A stretch of DNA of 64,000 nucleotides from Macrostomum lignano (Eukaryota), in assembly GCA_002269645.1 (NCBI GenBank), contig NIVC01003260.1:44781-108780 (forward strand), written 5' to 3'. Position numbers and translations under genes: made by a program. Numbering within the stretch: position 1 is the first letter of the stretch; every line of letters starts with the position of its first letter. Below, in pieces: positions 1 through 20,160 of the stretch. The notes beneath the pieces were generated by a model, which worked only from the letters and a program-made list of their open reading frames with translations, was not told the DNA's origin and made no database searches.

Positions 1-1250
1 GTTGCCTTTCATCTATCCTCTGTTGCCCCTCATCTACCCTCTGTTGCCTTTCATCTATCCTCTGTTGCCTTTCATCTATCCTCTGTTGCCCCTCATCTAC
101 CCTCTGTTGCCTTTCATCTATCCTCTGTTGCCTTCATCTACCCTCTGTTGCCTTTCATCTATCCTCTGTTGCCTTTCATCTATCCTCTGTTGCCCCTCAT
201 CTACCCTCTGTTGCCTTTCATCTATCCTCTGTTGCCTTCATCTACCCTCTGTTGCCTTTCATCTATCCTCTGTTGCCTTTCATCTATCCTCTGTTGCCCC
301 TCATCTACCCTCTGTTGCCTTTCATCTATCCTCTGTTGCCTTCATCTACCCTCTGTTGCCTTTCATCTATCCTCTGTTGCCTTTCATCTACCCTCTGTTG
401 CCTTTCATCTACCCTCTGTTGCCTTTCATCTACCCTCTGTTGCCCCTCATCTACCCTCTGTTGCCCCTCATCTACCCTCTGTTGCCCCTCATCTACCCTC
501 TTTTGCCTTTCATCTACCCTCTGTTGCCCCTCATCTACCCTCTGTTGCCTTTCATCTACCCTCTGTTGCCTTTCATCTACCCTCTTTTGCCTTTCATCTA
601 CCCTCTGTTGCCCCTCATCTACCCTCTGTTGCCTTTCATCTACCCTCTGTTGCCTTTCATCTACCCTCTGTTGCCTTTCATCTACCCTCTGTTGCCCCTC
701 ATCTACCCTCTGTTGCCCCTCATCTACCCTCTGTTGCCCCTAATCTACCCTCTGTTGCCTTCATCTACCCTCTGTTGCCTTTCATCTACCCTCTGTTGCC
801 TTTCATCCACCCTCTGTTGCCTTTCATCTACCCTCTGTTGCCTTTCATCTACCCTCTGTTGCCCCTCATCTACCCTCTGTTGCCTTTCATCTACCCTCTT
901 TTGCCTTTCATCTACCCTCTGTTGCCCCTCATCTACCCTCTGTTGCCTTTCATCTACCCTCTGTTGCCTTTCATCTACCCTCTGTTGCCTTTCATCTACC
1001 CTCTGTTGCCTTTCATCTATTCTCTGTTGCCCCTCATCTATCCTCTGTTGCCCCTCATCTACCCTCCGTTGCCCCTCATCTACCCTCTGTTGCCCCTCAT
1101 CTACCCTCTGTTGCCTTTCATCTATCCTTTGTTGCCCCTCATCTACCCTCTGTTGCCTTTTATCTATCCTTTGTTGCCCCTCATCTACCCTCTGTTGCCT
1201 TCATCTACTCTCTGTTGCCCCTCATATACCCTCTGTTGCCCTCCATCTAC
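1..1250. repeat. 21-bp minisatellite (CATCTACCCTCTGTTGCCYYT)n, truncated at window start
   Basis: The unit is directly visible. The long ORFs here (PFIYPLL repeats) are translation artefacts of a 21-bp unit. Confidence 0.97.
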
Positions 1251-2074
1251 ACGCTCATGCACTTTGAGCTACCCTCGTTTCTGAGTCATTCCCACCTTCA
1301 TCCTACTCTCTTAGTTCACCCTTCTCTTTTGTCACAAGCCGTCTTTATCTGTGCCTCTATCAACTTTTCATCATACCTAGCAAAGCATTTCACGTTGACG
1401 TGGCAATATTCGACACCAAATGTAATAAAATCTCCGCTTTGAACAAGATTAAGTAATCATGAGCAACTTTCTCAGTCGAACCACCCCGTCAATCATTCAT
1501 TTTCGAGTATTCTCAAGAATCTGTCGCAAAATAACTTGGAAAACATGACTTTCTACTGAAACAATACAACAAGTAGTATAAGAAGGACTCGTGCAGAGAC
1601 GCAGCGCATTGCTATAGCAGCCCCGCTTATATCAGTGGCCACTGCAGCCCAGCTTTTAAGTGAGCTACTCTCTGCTACTTGGCGACTGACTCAGTGAACG
1701 CAGAGCAGAAATATTTTTGTTATTTTCTCTGCTTCAACCCCCCGCCCAGTGATAGCCAGGCAGTGCAGCTCGCACAGCTGCTGAGCAGGGTCAGAGCCTC
1801 ATCTCTCAGGCACAATGGCAAAGGCAGAAAATGCAACGATACACGTGAGGCTCCATGCTCGTGTCAGGCTTGGAATGCTCAAGTCTAAACAGCTCAATGT
1901 AGACTCGCATTCGCACACCATGTAGGGTAGGGCAGAACTGAGCACTGCTGCCTCTATTAAACCTGGATATTTGCTTGCGGAGACTTCTTATTCACCGAGT
2001 TAGACGGCCATTCTGAGGTTATTCAATTCTCTGAGAATAATATTTTTATTTCGCTCAGCAAATATCTATAGCTC

Positions 2075-4404
2075 ATGCTCAAAGACGCCATTAGATATGA
2101 TGCAGCGGGGAAGCTGCGACGACATACTGGAATGCTCCTGGCGCTTCTGGTGCTGCTGGCCAGCCTCGGCTGCGCTGCCGGGAGGCCCAGCCGGCTGCAT
2201 GAGGATGACTTTGACAGTCCAGATGATGAATCAGGTATGCAATGCATGAAGTGCCGCCGGGAGGTGAGATCTGGTGGCTGGAGTAGAGCTAGAACTTTTG
2301 AGATCTCATTAATGTAGTGAGACTACTGTGAGATCTCATTGATTAAGCGAGGCTACTGTAAGATCTCACTAATGCAGTGAGACTACTGTGAGATCTCACC
2401 AATGGAGTGAGACTATTTTGAGATCTCACTAATGCAGTGAGACTACTGTGAGATCTCATTGATCAAGCGAGACTACTGTGAGATCTCACTAATGCAGTGA
2501 GACTACTGTAAGATCTCACTAATGCAGTGAGACTACTGTGAGATCTCACTAATGTAATGAGACTACTGTGAGATCTCATTAATGCAGTGAGACTACTGTG
2601 AGATCTTACTAATGCAGTGAGCCTACTGTGAGATCTCACTAATGGAGTGAGACTAATGTGAGATCTCCCTGATGCAGTGAGACTACTTTGAGATTTCACT
2701 GATGATGTTAAACTACTGTGAGATCTCACTGATGAAGTGAGACTACTGTGAGATCTCACTAATGTAGTGAGACTACTTTGAGATTTCACTGATGAAATGA
2801 GACTACTTTGAGATCTCCCTGATGCAGTGAGTGTACTGTGAGGTCTTACTAATGCAGTGAGACTACTTTGAGATTTCACTCATGATGTGAAACTACTGTG
2901 AGATCTTGCTAATGATATGAGACTAGTGTGAGATCTCATTAATCGAGTGAGACTGCTGTGAGATCTCACTAATGCAGTGAGACAACTGTGAGATCTCACT
3001 AATGCAGTGAGACTACTGTTAGATCTCACTAATGTAGTGAGACTACTGTAAGATCTCACTAGTGCAGTGAGACTACTGTAAGATCTCACTGATGAAGTGA
3101 GACTACTGTGAGATTTCACTGATGATGTGAAACTACTGTGAGATCTCACTGATGAAGTGAGACTACTGTGAGATCTTCCTAATGATATGAGACTAGTGTG
3201 AGATCTCATTAATCGAATTAGACTGCTGTGAGATCTCACTAATGCAGTGAGACTACTGTTAGATCTCAATAATGGAATGAGACTATTATGAGACAGCTTG
3301 TATTAGATGATTCAGATTTTGTGGACACAAACAGATTAGGAAAATCAATTGAGACGCTAATCCAAAAGTCCGTGTCTGACGCCCCAAAGTCTCAGGCTGG
3401 GCTCGCGGCCTAGCTGACCGGCTGAGAGCATCCAGCGGTGAGGCCTTTGATTCCGACGATGCCTCCGAAGAAGAGCCCGAGCTGCAAGTCGAGGCCACGA
3501 AGCGGTCATGGATCGCCGAGCTGACAGAGAAGGTGGACCGCACCGAGGAGGCCGCAGACCTCATCGAGGAGATTCAGTCGCGCACTAGCAGCAGCGGATT
3601 GCGCAGCCTGAAGTCCGCCTGCAAGGCGATGTGCCCGAAGTGCGTCTGCGGCGTCATCCTGTTGCCCGGCCTGCCCAAAAATTCAAAAGCCGGAAAGCCA
3701 AAAGCCGGAAAGCCAAAGGCCGGAAAGCCAAATGCCGGAAAGCCAAAGGCCGGAAAGCCAAAGGCTGGAAAGCCAAAGGCCGGAAAGCCAAAGGCCGGAA
3801 AGCCAAAAGCCGGAAAGCCAAAGGCCGGAAAGCCAAAGGCCGGAAAGCCAAAGGCCGGAAAGCCAAAAGCCGGAAAGCCAAAAGCCGGAAAGCCAAAGCC
3901 CAGAAAGCCAAAAGCCGGAAAGTCAAAGGCTGGAAAGCCAAAGGCCGGAAAATCAAAAGCTGGAAAGCCAAAGGCTGGAAAGCCAAAAGCTGGAAAGCCA
4001 AAGGCCGGAAAGCCAAAGGCCGGAAAGCCAAAGAAGGCCGGAAAGCCGGAAAAGGCCGGAAAGCCGAAGAAGGCCGGAAAGCCGGAAAAGGCCGGAAAGC
4101 CGAAGAAGGCCGGAAAGCCGGAAAAGGCCGGAAAGCCGGAAAAATCTAAGAAGCCTGTAAGTTTTTGTTTGGAATATCTCTTCATAAAAGCCGTAATTTC
4201 CTCTAACCTTAATCTCTTATCTTGCTCGTTCACAATTTGAAGCCCTCGAAGAAGTCGCTTCAGTTTTCCGCTCTGGAGAGCCAACTGCCCGACTTTCTGC
4301 TTGACGAGGGCGGCGACGAAGCGGTTTTCAAACGGAAGGTCGGCGATCACGATCCGCTGTCTGACGAGTCCGAGGAGATGCTCAGCAGCTTCGGTGTGGA
4401 ATGA
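2075..4404 (+). CDS. Secreted precursor protein with Lys-rich (KAGKP)n repeat; exons 2075-2234, 3396-4156, 4243-4404 (about 360 aa)
   Basis: Hydrophobic signal MLLALLVLLASLGCAAG (ATG 2132, or upstream ATG 2075). Donor G|GTATGC at 2235 and acceptor CTCAG| at 3395 are phase-1 compatible. Donor |GTAAGT at 4157 and acceptor TTTGAAG| at 4242 are phase 0. The protein has acidic pro-segments, a KR site, CKAMCPKCVC and about 30 KAGKP-type repeats; stop TGA at 4402-4404. Confidence 0.8.
2305..3295. repeat. 30-bp intronic minisatellite (GACTACTGTGAGATCTCACTAATGCAGTGA)n
   Basis: About 33 visible copies filling intron 1 of the 2075-4404 gene. Confidence 0.95.
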
Positions 4405-4444
4405 GGATCGGTGTTCGGGTACAGGAGAGATGTTTTTGCTAGAG

Positions 4445-4470
4445 TTAGGGTTAGGGTTAGGGTTAGGGTT
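4445..4470 (+). repeat. Short interstitial telomeric tract (TTAGGG)4
   Basis: TTAGGGTTAGGGTTAGGGTTAGGGTT about 40 nt after the stop codon at 4404. Confidence 0.9.
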
Positions 4471-4899
4471 GCATCTGCGGATGTAAAAGGTCAGCAAAGA
4501 AATATATTGAATATAGATCTACCGAGGAATACTATAATACTAAATTAACAAGCGAGTTAGATTATAAAGAAGTTTCTTCTGAAGGAGTATTTCTATAAAG
4601 AAAGTATAAAAGCTTTCTCGATTATTTTTTAAAAATTTGAACACCTATTCCGAACTACCAAAGCTGAAGCGAACCCAATGCTTACATTTTTCAAGTTCAA
4701 TATTGAATTCAACAGCTAACCTGTTTCATTCCATGTTCATTTAAATAAATTCGAAGCCAGTGCTTGACAACAAGTCAAGTCCACTCTTTTCGGCATGATT
4801 GTTCAATATTTAATGATAACCCCTGATAAAGTCACACAAAAATCACCACCGGTCGTTCTTTACCTCTACATTGAGTCTTGCAGTGGTCTATGACTGCGC

Positions 4900-7484
<2,585 letters not shown>

Positions 7485-7650
7485 ATGAAGCGCACACTCT
7501 GTTTTAAGGCCAGTTGGCAAAGGGCTTTCAAAGGGCTGGCTGAGAAAGGCAACAGCTGCGGCAGAATTCCGCAGCGCTGCCTCACCCCCCCCCCGAGATT
7601 TGTTATCAGCTGCACCTGGGCACCCCAATAAAGAAAAATCGTTGCAGCAA

Positions 7651-9412
7651 ATGCGTAACAAAAGCATTGAGAGCTTGCAAAAGAATCTTCCTGACTGGAA
7701 GCCAAGCAACTCTGCTTGGAGAAGCAGAGGAAGTATCAATAAATTATTAATTGAAGATTTGCAGCACAGCGGTATCCAGCCAGTTGCTGCTATTAAAGCA
7801 ATGCTATTAAAGACTCGGAAATACAGCGCGTTCGACTTTCGAGCCGAGTCGCTCAGTCAGCTCCGTTCGCGCCGGCGGGCCGTCCCTGCCAGTCACGACA
7901 GCCGATCGGACAGCCGAGGAGGCGGCGGCGGTGGACGGCCGGGTCAGCTCGCGCTGGTATTGGAGGAGGAGGAACCGCAGCAGACTGTAGAGAAACCTGC
8001 GCCTATCAGAAAGGTGCAGTTTTCCCAAGGAGGATGAGACTACTTGATTTGTCCCCATCCTGACTATCCCACTTCCTATAGGGATAGCCAGGAGACCGAG
8101 TTGGATAGCCAGGAGACCGAGTTGGATAGTCAGGAGAGGGAGTGGGATAGTCAGGAGACCGAGTGGGATAGTCAGGATAGGGAGTGGGATAGTCAGGATA
8201 GGGAGTGGGATAGTCAGGATAGGGAGTAGGATAGTCAGGAGAGGGAGTGGGATAGTCAGGAGAGGGAGTGGGATAGTCAGGATAGGGAGTGGGATAGTCA
8301 GAATAGGGAGTGGGATAGTCAGGATAGGGAGTAGGATAGTCAGGATAGGGAGTAGGATAGTCAGGAGAGGGAGAGGGATAGTCAGGAGAGGGAATGGGAT
8401 AGTCAGGAGAGGGAGTGGGATAGTCAGGATAGGGAGTAGGATAGTCAGGAGAGGGAGAGGGATAGTCAGGAGAGGGAGTGGGATAGTCAGGATAGGGAGT
8501 GGGATAGTCAGAATAGGGAGTGGGATAGTCAGGATAGGGAGTGGGATAGTCAGGATAGGGAGTGGGATAGTCAGGAGACCGAGTGGGATAGTCAGGATAG
8601 GGAGTGGGATAGTCAGGAGAGGGAGTGGGATAGTCAGTAGAGGGAGTGGGATAGTCAGGAGACCGAGTGGGATAGTCAGGATAGGGAGTGGGATAGTCAG
8701 GATAGGGAGTGGGATAGTCAGAATAGGGAGTGGGATAGTCAGGAGAGGGAGTGGGATAGTCAGGATAGGGAGTGGGATAGTCAGGAGAGGGAATGGGATA
8801 GTCAGGATAGGGAGTGGGATAGTCAGGATAGGGAGTGGGATAGTCAGGAGAGGGAGTGGGATAGTCAGGAGAGGGAGTGGGATAGTCAGGATAGGGAGTG
8901 GGATAGCCAGGACAGGGATTGGGATTATGGTATAGCAAAATGTACCATATTACATTGTAAATGTACTTTCGGCTCAGCACATACACTTCATGTCAGGTGG
9001 ACACTATCAGTAAGTACTCAAGTCCAGTCCTTGATCCCCGCAGCGGCGAGTCTCATTCATCATGCCGCACTCTGGTGACGTGATTCAAGTGCAGCAGAAG
9101 CAGTTCAACTCGTGGGGCACACAGACTGCTGAGTACAACAGCATCTCTAATGCGGTGATGTCCGAGGCGTATTACGTGAGCGCCATGAGCGCTCTGCAGC
9201 AGCGCCTGCAGATGTACCAGCTGATGGCCCAGGATGTGGCTGATCACATGAGGCGCCGTCAGCAGCTGCACCGGCTTAGGCGCGAGCGGCAACAGTTGGA
9301 GAGCACGTGGCGCAATGTGTTTACTATTATTAGCTTTGTGACGTCATTATGTATGCTATTTTTAGCATTGCGAATTTCTGTTGGTTTGGCGTTAGAAGTA
9401 CTGCTGGACTGA
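7651..9412 (+). CDS. Hypothetical protein, about 243 aa, with RVxF motif, coiled-coil-like segment and C-terminal hydrophobic helix; exons 7651-8013, 9044-9412
   Basis: Donor AAG|GTGCAG at 8014 and acceptor CCCCGCAG| at 9043, both phase 0, give PIRK|RRVSFIMPH. Exon 2 has GC3-rich codons. The C-terminus is NVFTIISFVTSLCMLFLALRISVGLALEVLLD*. AATAAA at 9803. The start codon is uncertain (7651 or 7801). Confidence 0.6.
8080..8915. repeat. 21-bp intronic minisatellite (GGGATAGTCAGGAKAGGGAGT)n
   Basis: About 40 visible copies. The YPTPSPD ORF on the - strand is an artefact. Confidence 0.96.
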
Positions 9413-9834
9413 GTTTTGATTAATTGTGCTCGATGTTCGTATTCTCATCACATTAAGTTCTACAGTTAATGCAAACTGCCTAAAGCACATAATACTTAAT
9501 TTGTTGCCTTCCTTCCTTCCCACAGAATTACATAAGCTTCAGTTGTCAAAGAACCAAGGCTTTAGCGCAGAAGTCCCTCAGAAACGGCTAGTACTAGCAA
9601 TCCAGTGACCTAGTGCCCCCCTTTGGGGCGGCCAATAAGCAAGGAGCAAATCCATTATTCACGCAAATCCATTAAAAAGGGAACATTTTCCTAAGAACCG
9701 ATTCCTTCTTCATTTTCATAAATCACCTTATTCGAGTAAAATTGTCGCGGAAACAGATGTTTGCTGTGAATCTCTTTTGTCTAAAAGTAAAAAAAGACAA
9801 CAAATAAAGCCTTAAAAAAGATAGCACGCGTTCC

Positions 9835-10313
9835 CCCCCCCAGATAGCAAGCACCCCCCAGATAGCAAACATCCCCCAAATAGCAAGCATCCCCCCCAGA
9901 TAGCAAGCATCCCCCAGATAGCAAGCATCCCCCAGATAGCAAGCATCCCCAAATACCTGTAGCAAGCACCCCCCCCCCAGATAGCAAGCATCCCCCAAAT
10001 ACCTGTAGCAAGCACACCCCCCCAGATAGCAAGCATCCCCCAGATAGCAAGCATCCCCCAGATAGCAAGCATCCCCAGATAGCAAGCATCCCCCAGATAG
10101 CAAGCATCCCCCAGATAGCAAGCATCCCCCAGATAGCAAACATCCCCCAGATAGCAAGCATCCCCCAGATAGCAAACATCCCCCAAATAGCAAGCATCCC
10201 CCAGATAGCAAGCATCCCCCAGATAGCAAGCATCCCCCAGATAGCAAGCATCCCCCAGATAGCAAGCATCCCCCAGATAGCAAGCATCCCCCAGATAGCA
10301 AGCATCCCCCAGA
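9835..10313. repeat. 18-bp minisatellite (AGATAGCAAGCATCCCCC)n
   Basis: Directly visible between the 7651-9412 and 10568 genes. Confidence 0.95.
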
Positions 10314-10567
10314 TGGAAAGTATTGATAGTTAGTGTAGTAATTCCAATCTCAGCTAGACGCTAGTGCAATACTTGAGAGCCAAAGCTTCAATTTAGGCTC
10401 GTCAATGAGCAGTGAACGCACGAAGCTATGGTTATTCTATGGTCGGAACCCGAACTGAGAGCCGCATCATCAAGCTGCAGTTTGGCCACCGCAATCAACT
10501 GAGCTAGCTAGGATAAAAGACAAAAGCTTCCCATAAAGCAGTTTTGACAAAGGCAACAAACCAAAGC

Positions 10568-12522
10568 ATGAACCTGCAATCCGAGGAAGCGCTAGCCGAC
10601 CGACTAAAAAACTGGGAGGAGCAGCGGCAGCGGCGCGCTGACCAGAGCGCCACCATTGTGAGGCCGAGCGGATTTATCGGCAACCTGCTGGACGCCAACA
10701 TGAGCTTTCTGTACAAAATTCCCTCCTATGTATTTGGCCCGTTTCCCCTCTACACAATGGGCCTGGTGAGCAGGCACAATTTCTTTCTGGTTGGCCTAAC
10801 TTTGCTGCTGATGAAGCTGGGTCTCCTGATTGCCCTGGCTGTCTATCTGAACATGCCGTCTGCTGCTAAGCGAGCCAGAATGCACCCGTGGGCGTACACG
10901 CCGAAGGAGACCGCCCAGCTGGACAGCATGCTGAATGATTGGCAGGGCTACGTGTTCAGCTTCAGGACTGGCCGGGTGATGTTCAGCTGCCAGCTGGCTC
11001 TGACGCTGCTGCTGACGCTGCTGACGGCCTACGCTCTCACGGGGAAGGTGCCGCGACTGCGGATGCTTCGGATGTCCAAACTGGCCAAGTTTACCAACTT
11101 TGTCAGCCTGCTTGTCAGCCTGTTCCACATCCTGCAGGTGAGGCATCAGGCAATGGGCAGTTCCACATCCTGCAGGTGAGGCATCAGGCAATGGGCAGTT
11201 CCACATCCTGCAGGTGAGGCATCAGGCAATGGGCAGTTCCACATCCTGCAGGTGAGGCATCAGGCAATGGGCAGTTCCACATCCTGCAGGTGAGGCATCA
11301 GGCAATGGGCAGTTCCACATCCTGCAGGTGAGGCATCAGGAAATGGGCATAGGCATTTCCACATCCAGCAGGTGAGGCATCAGGCAATGGGCATGGGCAG
11401 TTCCACATCCTGCAGGTGAGGCATCAGGCAATGGGCAGTTCCACATCCTGCAGGTGAGGCATCAGGCAATGGGCAGTTCCACATCCTGCAGGTGAGGCAT
11501 CAGGCAATGGGCAGTTCCACATCCTGCAGGTGAGGCATCAGGCAATGGGCAGTTCCACATCCAGCAGGTGAGGTATCAGGCAATAGGCATGGGCAGTTCC
11601 ACATCCTGCAGGTGAGGTATCAGGCAATAGGCATGGGCAGTTCCACATCCTGCAGGTGAGGCATCAGGCAATGGGCATGGGCAGTTCCACACCCAGCAGG
11701 TGAGGCATCAGGCAATGGGCATGGGCAGTTCCACATCCTGCAGGTGAGGCCACAGGCAATGGGCAGTTCCACATCCTGCAGGTGAGGCATCAGGCAATGG
11801 GCATGGGCAGTTCCACATCCTGCAGGTGAGGCATCAGGCAATGGGCAGCAAGGCCGGTAAAATTGCAAATTTCCCCATTATTTTCCCTTTATCCCCGCGA
11901 CGCCCGCGCAGATGCTGCTGCCGGCGCCATTCATAGCCCAGCTGGCCAAGCTGAAGCTGCTGGAGCTGCAGTCTGCCGGGCTGGTCAATACCACCCAGCT
12001 AAACTTGAAGATATTCTACGATAACAAGGCCAAACACTCGGGATCTTCTCACAAGCCATTCTATCCCAGCTTCATGGACAAGGTGCACTTCAACGAGAAG
12101 TGCTGCGGCGTGCGCTCCGCCGACGACTGGATGGAGTTCTCGGCCGAACTGGCCATCTACGCCGAGTTCCTGGCCGAGCGGCCCGGCCAGCTGCCGCCGA
12201 GGTTCCGCAGCCACCCGCCGCTCAGCTGCTACGATCCCAGCACGCATCGGCCGAACAAAAACTCCTGCGCTCCGTCGATTGCATCCAGATACCTGGCTAA
12301 TCAAGACGAGCTCCTGCCGCTAAGCATGATAGCCATACTCAGCATTGTGGCCGCCTTCTACCTGCAGCGAGCCTACACAGCTCAGGACGGCTTGGCCGGC
12401 CTCGACCCCAAGGCCATCCGGCTGGCTGGCGACGTCGCCTCAGCGAGCGGCCTGACTGGCGGCTCCGCGGTGACCGACCGGCAGATTGACACCACCGTGC
12501 CGCTGGTCTCCGTGCCCACCAG
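10568..12522 (+). CDS. Tetraspanin-like module (peripherin/ROM1-like large loop); exons 10568-11137 and 11912-12522
   Basis: Four hydrophobic helices (FFLVGLTLLLMKLGLLIALAVYL; VMFSCQLALTLLLTLLTAYAL; FTNFVSLLVSLFHILQMLLPAPF; LLPLSMIAILSIVAAFYL). The loop between TM3 and TM4 has MDKVHFNEKCCGVRSADDW (CCG at 12101-12109), PLSC and a final Cys. Phase-0 splice CAG|GTGAGG at 11138 to GCAG| at 11911. Confidence 0.8.
11123..11848 (+). repeat. 38/44-bp minisatellite made from the exon end plus 5' splice site (TTCCACATCCTGCAG|GTGAGGCATCAGGCAATGGGCAG)n
   Basis: About 18 copies. The first copy overlaps the true exon 1 end (FHILQ|). Confidence 0.95.
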
Positions 12523-12577
12523 GTGGGTTGGCTGTTGATAGCCAGCTGCCAGAGTCCCCAGACTGAAGCTGGAGACT

Positions 12578-12710
12578 GTTGGTGCTGCAGGGCAGACAGT
12601 GGGTGCTGCAGGGCAGACAGTGGGTGCTGCAGGGCAGACAGTGGGTGCTGCAGGGCAGACAGTGGGCACTGCAGGGCAGACAGTGGGTGCTGCGGGGCAG
12701 ACAGTGGGCA
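12578..12710. repeat. 21-bp minisatellite (GGGTGCTGCAGGGCAGACAGT)n in the tetraspanin/DC-STAMP junction intron
   Basis: About 6 copies. Confidence 0.9.
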
Positions 12711-12801
12711 CTTACAAGAGACACCCAGGCAAGAGACTGGGTGCCAGTGTGAGGGCTGCACCGCATCAAAACCCAATTCTCACTGCACACTCCCTTGGCA
12801 G

Positions 12802-19114
<6,313 letters not shown>

Positions 19115-19429
19115 TAGTGCAACGGCCTTCACTGTCACTTCTAAGTGACTAGAAGAGTTTATACCTGACTGAGATAGTGAAATTATGTTTATCATAGCTA
19201 TCCTGCCTGTCCTTTTGGGTTCAATATATATATATTTAAGCATATTAATTGCGCATGAAGTGATACGCGGGTACGAGGATAAAATAAAACTATTGTCCAA
19301 ACTTCACAGAAGAGCTTCTACAGATTTATTAATTTTCATCTTTTAGAGAACCTTATGAAGGATAAAAATTTTTCTGGGAATTGCACTCCCCGTATCGCTG
19401 TCTGAAAATCCCTCACAACCCTTCCTCCC

Positions 19430-20160
19430 AAAAATCACTGTCTGAGAATCGCCCCTAACCCCCCAGTATCACTGTCTGAGAATCGCCCCCTAACCCCCCA
19501 GTATCACTGTCTGAGAATCGCCCCTAACCCCCGTATCACTGTTTGAGAATCGCCCCTAACCCCCCAGTATCACTGTCTGAGAATCGCCCCCTAACCCCCA
19601 GTATCACTGTCTGAGAATCGCCCCTGACCCCCAGAATCACTGTCTGAGAATCGCCCCTGACCCCCAGTATCACTGTCTGAGAATCGCCCCTGACCCCCCA
19701 GTATCACTGTCTGAGAATCGCTCACAACCCAACGGTATCACTGGAGACACCGGTATACTAGTCTGAGAATCGCCCCTAACCAGTATCACTGTCTGAGAAT
19801 CGAACCCCGGTATCACTGTCTGAGAATCGCCCTAGCCCCCAGTATCACTGTCTGAGAATCGCCCTGCCCCCAGTATCACTGTCTGAGAATCGCCCCTGAC
19901 CCCCAGTATCACTGTCTGAGAATCGCCCCTGACCCCCCAGTATCACTGTCTGAGAATCGCCCCTGACCCCCAGTATCACTGTCTGAGAATCGCCCCTGAC
20001 CCCCAGTATCACTGTCTGAGAATCGCCCCTAACCCCCAGTATCACTGTCTGAGAATCGCCCCTAACCCCAGTATCACTGTCTGAGAATCGCCCCTAACCC
20101 CCCAGTATCACTGTCTGAGAATCGCCCCTAACCCCCCAGTATCACTGTCTGAGAATCGCT
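19430..20160. repeat. 33-bp minisatellite (GTATCACTGTCTGAGAATCGCCCCTRACCCCCA)n
   Basis: About 22 copies between the convergent DC-STAMP and MTHFR genes. Confidence 0.95.

Noticed and set aside
2-1284. Long ORFs of 421, 378 and 163 aa
   Set aside because: They are translations of a 21-bp minisatellite, open in several frames, with no splice context or synonymous bias.
1590-1888. Possible exons of an upstream gene (GC-richer patches with AG/GT signals)
   Set aside because: The candidate donor at about 1660 and acceptor at about 1749 do not give a consistent frame, and no motif was recognised.
8006-8986. 326-aa (YPTPSPD)n ORF resembling an RNA polymerase II CTD or extensin
   Set aside because: It is the antisense reading of an intronic 21-bp array inside a + strand gene, with no flanking domain.
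9351-10541. Possible intron joining the 7651 gene to the tetraspanin exon (GTATGC donor, AAAGCAG acceptor, phase 1 compatible)
   Set aside because: The acceptor lacks a pyrimidine tract, and the upstream gene has its own stop and an AATAAA at 9803. It cannot be fully excluded without transcripts.
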